Positions 1-7,900 of a stretch of DNA of 24,000 bases are shown here, piece by piece; within the stretch, counting starts at the first letter, position 1; the number at the start of each line of letters is the position of its first letter. Made by a program: the position numbers and the translations under genes. The stretch is from Escherichia coli O170:H18 (GTDB taxonomy: Bacteria; Pseudomonadota; Gammaproteobacteria; Enterobacterales; Enterobacteriaceae): NCBI RefSeq assembly GCF_018986815.1, contig NZ_CP076706.1; one strand, 5' to 3'. The notes under the pieces were generated by a model. The model worked only from the letters and a program-made list of their open reading frames with translations. It searched no databases and was not told where the DNA came from.

Positions 1-632
1 TCACTCACCGTGACCTGACCGAACGCGCTATGCGCCAGGTTCCGCAGGCACAGCATATTTCGCTGACCAACTTCCTCGACAGCGGCCTGTACACCAGCCT
101 GACCGAACGTCTGGTTGCTGCCCAGCGCCATACTGAAAACGAAGTGAAAGTGAAAGACAGTCTGAAAGACAGCTTTGACGATTCCAGTGCTAATCTGTTC
201 AAACTGGGCGCGGAGAACATCTTCCTCGGTCGCAAAGCGGCCACCAAAGAAGAAGCGATTCGTTTTGCTGGCGAGCAGCTGGTGAAAGGCGGTTACGTTG
301 AGCCGGAATACGTTCAGGCGATGTTGGATCGTGAAAAACTGACCCCGACTTATCTGGGTGAGTCTATCGCGGTGCCACACGGTACGGTTGAAGCGAAAGA
401 TCGCGTACTGAAAACGGGCGTCGTGTTCTGCCAGTACCCGGAAGGCGTGCGCTTCGGTGAAGAAGAAGATGACATTGCCCGTCTGGTGATTGGTATTGCT
501 GCCCGTAACAACGAGCACATTCAGGTGATCACCAGCCTGACCAACGCACTGGATGATGAGTCCGTTATCGAGCGTCTGGCGCACACCACCAGCGTGGATG
601 AAGTGCTGGAACTGCTGGCAGGTCGTAAGTAA
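1..632 (+). CDS. mtlA: PTS mannitol-specific EIICBA component, C-terminal part (EIIA domain). The 5' end is outside the window and the reading frame is in phase with nt 3.
   Basis: The frame is open from the left edge to TAA at 630-632. The translation (...GRKAATKEEAIRFAGEQLVKGGYVEPEYVQAMLDREKLTPTYLGESIAVPHGT...ELLAGRK) is the EIIA(Mtl) domain I recognise. It is followed by mtlD and mtlR as in the E. coli mtl operon. Confidence 0.95.
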   Translation, partial: THRDLTERAMRQVPQAQHISLTNFLDSGLYTSLTERLVAAQRHTENEVKVKDSLKDSFDDSSANLFKLGAENIFLGRKAATKEEAIRFAGEQLVKGGYVEPEYVQAMLDREKLTPTYLGESIAVPHGTVEAKDRVLKTGVVFCQYPEGVRFGEEEDDIARLVIGIAARNNEHIQVITSLTNALDDESVIERLAHTTSVDEVLELLAGRK

Positions 633-672
633 TCCATTCCCACCCTCTCCGCATGAAGAAGGTGGGGCTAAT

Positions 673-860
<188 letters not shown>

Positions 861-865
861 AAAAG

Positions 866-911
866 CCCCTCTCCTCACGGAGAGGGTTTGGGTGAGGGAA
901 AAGCCTCACCC
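866..911. repeat. Two adjacent short GC-rich hairpins flanking the REP cluster; the repeat family is uncertain
   Basis: Hairpin 1 pairs ccctctcc (867-874) with ggagaggg (879-886). Hairpin 2 pairs gggtgagg (890-897) with cctcaccc (904-911). A degenerate relative (cccaccctctcc...ggtgggg) sits at 639-667. This sequence type recurs in enterobacterial intergenic regions, but I cannot name the family with confidence. Confidence 0.5.
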
Positions 912-950
912 CAGCCCTCTCGGGTAAAAACATTGATGAAGGTTAATACT

Positions 951-2099
951 ATGAAAGCATTACATTTTGGCGCAGGTAATATCGGTCGTGGCTTTATCGG
1001 TAAACTGCTGGCGGACGCGGGTATCCAACTGACGTTTGCCGATGTAAATCAGGTGGTACTTGATGCCCTGAATGCCCGTCATAGCTATCAGGTTCATGTG
1101 GTTGGTGAAACCGAGCAGGTAGATACCGTTTCTGGCGTCGATGCCGTCAGCAGCATTGGCGATGATGTCGTTGATCTGATTGCTCAGGTCGATTTAGTCA
1201 CTACCGCCGTTGGCCCTGTCGTGCTGGAACGTATTGCTCCGGCCATCGCCAAAGGGCTGGTGAAACGTAAAGAACAAGGTAATGAATCCCCACTGAACAT
1301 CATCGCCTGTGAAAACATGGTCCGCGGCACCACGCAGCTGAAAGGCCATGTGATGAACGCCCTGCCGGAAGATGCCAAAGCGTGGGTAGAAGAACACGTT
1401 GGCTTTGTTGATTCCGCCGTTGACCGCATCGTACCGCCTTCGGCTTCGGCAACTAACGATCCGCTGGAAGTGACGGTAGAAACCTTCAGCGAATGGATTG
1501 TCGATAAAACGCAGTTCAAAGGCACGCTGCCAAACATCCCTGGCATGGAATTAACCGACAATCTGATGGCATTTGTCGAACGTAAACTCTTCACCCTGAA
1601 TACAGGTCATGCTATAACCGCGTACCTCGGAAAACTGGTCGGTCATCAGACCATTCGTGACGCAATTCTCGACGAGAAAATCCGCGCGGTGGTAAAAGGG
1701 GCAATGGAAGAAAGCGGCGCGGTACTGATCAAGCGCTACGGCTTTGATGCTGACAAACATGCGGCATACATCCAGAAAATCCTCGGTCGTTTCGAGAACC
1801 CGTACCTGAAAGATGATGTAGAACGCGTAGGCCGTCAGCCGCTGCGTAAACTGAGTGCTGGCGACCGTCTGATCAAGCCACTGCTTGGAACCCTGGAATA
1901 TGGTCTGCCACATAAAAACCTGATTGAAGGTATTGCCGCTGCAATGCACTTCCGCAGTGAAGATGACCCGCAGGCTCAGGAACTGGCAGCGCTGATTGCC
2001 GACAAAGGCCCACAAGCCGCGCTGGCACAGATTTCCGGTCTTGATGCCAACAGCGAGGTTGTATCCGAGGCGGTAACCGCTTATAAAGCAATGCAATAA
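951..2099 (+). CDS. mtlD: Mannitol-1-phosphate 5-dehydrogenase (382 aa)
   Basis: ATG at 951 is preceded by gaagg (938-942). The N-terminus [15 protein letters not shown] is a Rossmann GxGxxG motif, and the full-length translation matches MtlD as I know it. The track ORF starting at 771 runs through REP sequence and is an artefactual extension. Confidence 0.97.
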   Translation: MKALHFGAGNIGRGFIGKLLADAGIQLTFADVNQVVLDALNARHSYQVHVVGETEQVDTVSGVDAVSSIGDDVVDLIAQVDLVTTAVGPVVLERIAPAIAKGLVKRKEQGNESPLNIIACENMVRGTTQLKGHVMNALPEDAKAWVEEHVGFVDSAVDRIVPPSASATNDPLEVTVETFSEWIVDKTQFKGTLPNIPGMELTDNLMAFVERKLFTLNTGHAITAYLGKLVGHQTIRDAILDEKIRAVVKGAMEESGAVLIKRYGFDADKHAAYIQKILGRFENPYLKDDVERVGRQPLRKLSAGDRLIKPLLGTLEYGLPHKNLIEGIAAAMHFRSEDDPQAQELAALIADKGPQAALAQISGLDANSEVVSEAVTAYKAMQ

Positions 2100-2686
2100 T
2101 GGTGGACCAGGCGCAGGATACCCTGCGCCCGAATAACAGATTGTCAGATATGCAGGCAACAATGGAACAAACCCAGGCCTTTGAAAACCGTGTGCTTGAG
2201 CGTCTGAATGCTGGCAAAACCGTGCGAAGCTTTCTGATCACCGCCGTCGAGCTTTTGACCGAGGCGGTAAATCTTCTGGTGCTTCAGGTATTCCGCAAAG
2301 ACGATTACGCGGTGAAGTATGCTGTAGAACCGTTACTCGACGGCGATGGTCCGCTGGGCGATCTTTCTGTGCGTTTAAAACTCATTTACGGGTTGGGCGT
2401 CATTAACCGCCAGGAATACGAAGATGCGGAACTGCTGATGGCATTGCGTGAAGAGCTAAATCACGACGGCAACGAGTACGCTTTTACCGACGACGAAATA
2501 CTTGGACCCTTTGGTGAACTGCATTGCGTGGCGGCGTTACCACCGCCGCCACAGTTTGAACCTGCAGACTCCAGTTTGTATGCAATGCAAATTCAGCGTT
2601 ACCAACAGGCTGTGCGATCAACAATGGTCCTTTCACTGACAGAGCTGATTTCCAAAATCAGCTTAAAAAAAGCCTTTCAAAAGTAA
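2099..2686 (+). CDS. mtlR: Mannitol operon repressor MtlR (195 aa)
   Basis: The ATG overlaps the mtlD TAA (taATG at 2097-2101), which suggests translational coupling. I recognise the translation [36 protein letters not shown]... and the operon position fits. Confidence 0.95.
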   Translation: MVDQAQDTLRPNNRLSDMQATMEQTQAFENRVLERLNAGKTVRSFLITAVELLTEAVNLLVLQVFRKDDYAVKYAVEPLLDGDGPLGDLSVRLKLIYGLGVINRQEYEDAELLMALREELNHDGNEYAFTDDEILGPFGELHCVAALPPPPQFEPADSSLYAMQIQRYQQAVRSTMVLSLTELISKISLKKAFQK

Positions 2687-2696
2687 GTACTTTCGC

Positions 2697-2906
2697 TTAC
2701 TTCTCCTCTACCTGTTTCGGACGATAAAGCTGACGATAATACTCCAGACGTTGTAGATATAACGGCACGCTTTCATCAGGTATTCCGGACGGAATCGCGT
2801 TACGGGGAGGTAGTTTTTTCAGATACTCCCGGAACGCCTGGCTGGATGCCATGAAATCTACGGCTTTATCGATAAGAAGCGGAACGTTTTCACCTAATTT
2901 GCCCAT
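2697..2906 (-). CDS. yibT: Small conserved protein YibT (69 aa)
   Basis: A 69-codon ORF ([31 protein letters not shown]...) lies convergent with mtlR and divergent from yibL, at the position and size of K-12 yibT. Confidence 0.8.
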
Positions 2907-3189
2907 GATGATATCTCCGTATTACCCCGCGCCGGGAATGCGCGGCCGCCAATTTTAGTTTAGATCCCGGTATAAATGACATTAAGGAAAACGTGCTCAA
3001 TCCTCAATAATCACCTGCTTCTGTTGACTATCTTTTTTCTTTAAATTTCTTAACTAATCAATGTATTGGGTGATTTTTTAACGCATAAATGGTTACAATC
3101 TGGAACTATTACAATGCCATCAGTTGTGAACAAAGCACCTGGTCGCGCATACTAGAGGCTATAAATTTATCTCTATCAGAAGTCATCAC

Positions 3190-3552
3190 ATGAAAGAAGT
3201 CGAAAAAAACGAAATCAAACGTCTCAGCGATCGTCTGGACGCCATCCGTCACCAGCAGGCCGATCTGTCGCTGGTTGAAGCCGCAGACAAATATGCCGAA
3301 CTGGAAAAAGAGAAAGCCACTCTGGAAGCAGAAATTGCTCGCCTGCGCGAAGTTCACAGCCAGAAACTCAGCAAAGAAGCGCAGAAACTGATGAAGATGC
3401 CGTTCCAGCGTGCAATCACCAAAAAAGAGCAGGCTGATATGGGCAAGCTGAAAAAAAGTGTTCGCGGACTGGTGGTTGTGCACCCAATGACCGCGCTGGG
3501 CCGCGAAATGGGCCTGCAAGAGATGACAGGGTTCTCAAAGACTGCGTTTTAA
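3190..3552 (+). CDS. yibL: Conserved charged coiled-coil protein YibL (120 aa), reported to be ribosome-associated
   Basis: I recognise the translation [56 protein letters not shown]... and the position after mtlR/yibT fits. Confidence 0.9.
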
Positions 3553-3596
3553 GTTCCTTTCTCGTCGCTGTAATCACAGCCTCTCACCATTTACTC

Positions 3597-3627
3597 GCTC
3601 CTGCTGGCACATGCAGGAGCCTGTTTC
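3597..3627 (+). terminator. Putative yibL terminator hairpin
   Basis: An 8-bp stem pairs gctcctgc (3597-3604) with gcaggagc (3613-3620) around an 8-nt loop. It is followed by ctgtttc, a weak U tract. Confidence 0.45.
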
Positions 3628-3890
3628 AGAGATCGAATCTTTATAACGTTCTTAACATTATATATTCAACTCCACCTACACTTCTGAGCGATCGTAGCAG
3701 GCTAAATTCTGAAAATCAGGTACACATTAAAGAATGATGTATCAATATCAACAATGAATTTCCGCATATCAATGCTCGAAACATAATTAATTATTTAAAT
3801 TTTTCAATCAGCTTCGCAAATTCCACAATAAAACATCACTCAACTGAATATTTACCTTTCCCTGCCCTGTGCCTTTATCCGGTGAAACAT

Positions 3891-3920
3891 TTGACATCGA
3901 TTGACACCGATCATTAAAAT
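3891..3920 (+). promoter_or_regulatory. Candidate sigma70 promoter for the lipoprotein-adhesin unit
   Basis: A perfect TTGACA (3891-3896) is separated by an 18-nt spacer from TAAAAT (3915-3920). It lies inside a very AT-rich region, and two further TTGACA copies at 3901-3906 and 3959-3964 lack a good -10. This is a prediction from the sequence only. Confidence 0.3.
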
Positions 3921-4110
3921 CCGCGCGATTAATATTATTGGCTACAAACTGAAATCGTTTGACATTTAATAACATATTCGCACAACCAATTAATACAAAA
4001 ACTCTCTAACAAATTTATTTTGCGGATATGCCCCATTCCAATCATTCATAAAAAAAATGATTGTGCCGTAATTATCAACTGTATCGGGATTATGAAAAGG
4101 AATTCATCCT

Positions 4111-4794
4111 ATGAACCTAAAGAAAACACTGTTAAGCGTGTTAATGATATTGCAACTTTGCTTATTGGTAGGGTGTGACTATATTGAAAAAGCGAGTAAG
4201 GTCGACGATCTCGTTACACAGCAAGAGTTGCAAAAAAGCAAAATTGAGGCGCTTGAAAAACAACAAGAACTCGACAAGCGCAAGATAGAACACTTTGAAA
4301 AACAACAAACTACCATCATAAACAGTACCAAAACGCTCGCTGGTGTGGTGAAGGCAGTTAAAAACAAACAGGACGAATTTGTCTTTACAGAATTTAACCC
4401 GGCACAAACCCAATACTTTATTTTAAATAACGGCTCTGTTGGTTTGGCAGGGAAAATACTGTCTATTGACGCAGTAGAAAACGGCAGTGTTATTCGTATT
4501 TCACTGGTTAACTTATTAAGTGTTCCTGTATCAAATATGGGTTTCTACGCAACATGGGGGGGAGAAAAACCCACCGACATCAACGCATTAGCAAAATGGC
4601 AGCAATTGCTATTTAGTACCGCAATGAACTCCTCCCTGAAATTATTACCAGGTCAATGGCAAGACATTAATTTGACGCTAAAAGGTGTCTCGCCCAACAA
4701 CCTCAAATATCTGAAATTAGCCATCAACATGGCAAATATTCAGTTCGACCGTCTTCAACCTGCTGAATCTCCACAGCGGAAAAACAAAAAATAA
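4111..4794 (+). CDS. SadB-like lipoprotein (227 aa): lipobox signal peptide, coiled coil and a beta-rich C-terminal domain. It is the presumed helper of the downstream trimeric autotransporter.
   Basis: The SD aaagga (4096-4101) lies 9 nt upstream of the ATG. The N-terminus MNLKKTLLSVLMILQLCLLVG|CD has a lipobox L-V-G-C with Cys22 and Asp at +2. Residues about 31-90 are heptad-rich (IEALEKQQEL / IEHFEKQQTT). The rest shows alternating hydrophobic residues. The stop lies 43 nt upstream of the TAA gene on the same strand. Confidence 0.8.
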   Translation: MNLKKTLLSVLMILQLCLLVGCDYIEKASKVDDLVTQQELQKSKIEALEKQQELDKRKIEHFEKQQTTIINSTKTLAGVVKAVKNKQDEFVFTEFNPAQTQYFILNNGSVGLAGKILSIDAVENGSVIRISLVNLLSVPVSNMGFYATWGGEKPTDINALAKWQQLLFSTAMNSSLKLLPGQWQDINLTLKGVSPNNLKYLKLAINMANIQFDRLQPAESPQRKNKK

Positions 4795-4837
4795 ATGCAG
4801 CTTCTGCGCTTATATCAAGGAATAGAGAGCATCAATA

Positions 4838-4996
4838 ATGAACAAAATATTTAAAGTTATCTGGAATCCGGCAACAGGTAGTTACACCGTTGCCAGTGAA
4901 ACAGCAAAAAGTCGTGGTAAAAAAAGCGGGCGCAGTAAGCTGTTAATTTCTGCGTTGGTTGCGGGTGGGTTGTTGTCGTCGTTTGGGGCAAGTGCA
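4838..4996 (+). other. Extended signal peptide region (ESPR) plus classical signal peptide of the adhesin (residues 1-53)
   Basis: [21 protein letters not shown] is the conserved autotransporter ESPR motif. It is followed by a basic stretch ([11 protein letters not shown]) and a hydrophobic core ([16 protein letters not shown]). The likely cleavage site is ASA|DN. Confidence 0.8.
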
Positions 4997-7900
4997 GATA
5001 ATTACACTGGGCAGCCAACTGATTATGGCGATGGCTCAGCAGGTGACGGCTGGGTTGCTATCGGTAAAGGGGCAAAAGCAAATACCTTTATGAACACTAG
5101 TGGCGCGAGTACAGCTTTAGGATATGACGCGATAGCCGAAGGTGAGTACAGTTCTGCCATCGGGTCAAAAACCCTTGCAACTGGTGGAGCATCCATGGCG
5201 TTCGGGGTTAGTGCAAAAGCAATGGGTGACAGAAGTGTCGCGCTAGGTGCATCGTCAGTAGCAAATGGCGATCGTTCGATGGCTTTTGGTCGTTACGCAA
5301 AGACGAATGGTTTTACATCTCTTGCTATTGGGGACTCCTCCCTTGCCGATGGTGAAAAAACTATTGCGTTAGGAAATACGGCTAAAGCTTACGAAATTAT
5401 GAGCATCGCCCTCGGTGATAATGCCAATGCGTCAAAAGAGTATGCAATGGCGCTGGGAGCAAGTAGCAAAGCTGGCGGTGCTGATAGCCTCGCATTCGGC
5501 AGAAAATCTACAGCTAATAGCACTGGCTCACTGGCAATAGGTGCTGACAGTAGCAGTTCGAACGATAACGCCATCGCGATAGGGAACAAAACGCAAGCCC
5601 TGGGAGTGAATTCGATGGCCCTGGGTAATGCAAGTCAGGCATCTGGCGAATCCAGTATTGCATTAGGTAACACCAGTGAAGCCAGCGAACAAAATGCGAT
5701 TGCGCTGGGGCAAGGTAGCATTGCAAGCAAAGTGAACTCAATCGCGTTGGGAAGTAACAGTTTGTCCTCGGGAGAGAATGCCATCGCATTGGGAGAGGGT
5801 AGTGCCGCTGGTGGCAGCAACAGCCTTGCTTTCGGTAGCCAGTCCAGGGCAAACGGCAATGATTCTGTCGCCCTCGGTGTAGGGGCTGCAGCAGCGACCG
5901 ACAATTCTGTCGCTATCGGCGCAGGATCGACCACAGATGCAAGCAATACGGTTTCAGTTGGCAACAGCGCAACAAAACGCAAAATTGTTAATATGGCTGC
6001 TGGTGCCATAAGCAACACCAGTACCGATGCCATCAACGGCTCACAGCTTTATACGATCAGTGATTCAGTCGCCAAGCGACTCGGAGGAGGCGCTACTGTA
6101 GGCAGCGATGGCACCGTAACCGCAGTAAGCTACGCGTTGAGAAGCGGAACCTATAATAACGTGGGTGATGCTCTGTCAGGAATCGACAATAATACCCTAC
6201 AATGGAATAAAACCGCGGGGGCGTTCAGCGCCAATCACGGTGCAAATGCCACCAACAAAATCACTAATGTTGCTAAAGGTACGGTTTCTGCAACCAGCAC
6301 CGATGTAGTAAACGGCTCTCAATTGTACGACCTGCAGCAGGATGCTCTGTTGTGGAACGGCACAGCATTCAGTGCCGCACACGGCACCGAAGCCACCAGC
6401 AAAATCACTAATGTCACCGCTGGCAACCTGACTGCCGGCAGCACTGACGCCGTTAACGGCTCTCAGCTCAAAACCACCAACGACAACGTGACGACCAACA
6501 CCACCAACATCGCCACTAACACCACCAATATCACCAACCTGACTGACGCTGTTAACGGTCTCGGTGACGACTCCCTGCTGTGGAACAAAGCAGCTGGCGC
6601 ATTCAGCGCCGCGCACGGCACCGAAGCCACCAGCAAAATCACCAACGTCACCGCTGGCAACCTGACTGCCGGCAGCACTGACGCCGTTAACGGCTCCCAG
6701 CTCAAAACCACCAACGACAACGTGACGACCAACACCACCAACATCGCCACTAACACCACCAACATCACCAACCTGACTGACGCTGTTAACGGTCTCGGTG
6801 ACGACTCCCTGCTGTGGAACAAAACAGCTGGCGCATTCAGCGCCGCTCACGGCACTGACGCCACCAGCAAGATCACCAATGTCAAAGCCGGTGACCTGAC
6901 AGCTGGCAGCACTGACGCCGTTAACGGCTCCCAGCTCAAAACCACCAACGATAACGTGTCGACCAACACCACCAACATCACCAACCTGACGGATTCCGTT
7001 GGCGACCTTAAGGACGATTCTCTGCTGTGGAACAAAGCGGCTGGCGCATTCAGCGCCGCGCACGGTACCGAAGCTACCAGCAAGATCACCAACTTACTGG
7101 CAGGCACTGTATCCTCTGACAGCACTGATGCCATTAATGGCTCACAACTTTATGGCGTAGCGGATTCATTTACGTCATATCTTGGTGGTGGTGCTGATAT
7201 CAGCGATACGGGTGTATTAAGCGGGCCAACCTACACTATTGGTGGTACTGACTACACTAACGTCGGTGATGCTCTGGCAGCCATTAACACATCATTTAGC
7301 ACATCACTCGGCGACGCCCTACTTTGGGATGCAACCGCAGGCAAATTCAGCGCCAAACACGGCATTAATAATGCTCCCAGTGTAATCACTGATGTTGCAA
7401 ACGGTGCAGTCTCGTCCACCAGTAGCGATGCCATTAACGGTTCACAACTTTATGGTGTTAGTGACTACATTGCCGATGCTCTGGGCGGGAATGCTGTGGT
7501 GAACACTGACGGCAGTATCACTACACCGACTTATGCCATCGCGGGCGGCAGTTACGACAACGTCGGTGACGCGCTGGAAGCGATCGATACCACGCTGGAT
7601 GATGCTCTGCTGTGGGATACAACAGCCAATGGCGGTAACGGTGCATTTAGCGCCGCTCACGGGAAAGATAAAACTGCCAGTGTAATCACTAACGTCGCTA
7701 ACGGTGCAGTCTCTGCCACCAGCAGCGATGCCATTAATGGCTCACAGCTCTATAGCACCAATAAGTACATCGCTGATGCGCTGGGTGGTGATGCAGAAGT
7801 CAACGCTGACGGTACTATCACTGCACCGACTTACACCATTGCAAATACCGATTACAACAACGTCGGTGAAGCCCTGGATGCGCTCGATAATAACGCACTG

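Noticed and set aside
4050-4057. Homopolymer tracts (A8 in the leader at 4050-4057 and A7 in the adhesin signal-peptide coding region at 4919-4925) as possible phase-variation switches
   Set aside because: The tracts are short for slipped-strand switching in E. coli. The A7 encodes the ordinary basic n-region (GKKSG). Nothing in the sequence indicates ON/OFF variants.
4092-4178. A 28-codon ORF starting at ATG 4092 that overlaps the lipoprotein start out of frame
   Set aside because: The ggga lies only 2 nt from the ATG, which is poor spacing. The ORF has no signal or motif, and the 4111 start gives a textbook lipoprotein signal peptide with a properly spaced SD.
6197-7063. A long antisense ORF (288 aa) inside the adhesin gene; a second one (295 aa) lies at 8567-9454
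   Set aside because: Both lie opposite a confidently identified coding frame. They are low-complexity G/V/A-rich mirror images of the repeat-rich sense strand. They have no RBS or recognisable domain, and the repeats explain the absence of stops.
6341-7095. Regularly spaced direct repeats that could superficially suggest a CRISPR array or satellite
   Set aside because: The period is 213-234 bp with no short repeat/spacer alternation. Everything is in frame within one ORF and encodes recognisable adhesin stalk motifs. No cas genes or leader are present.
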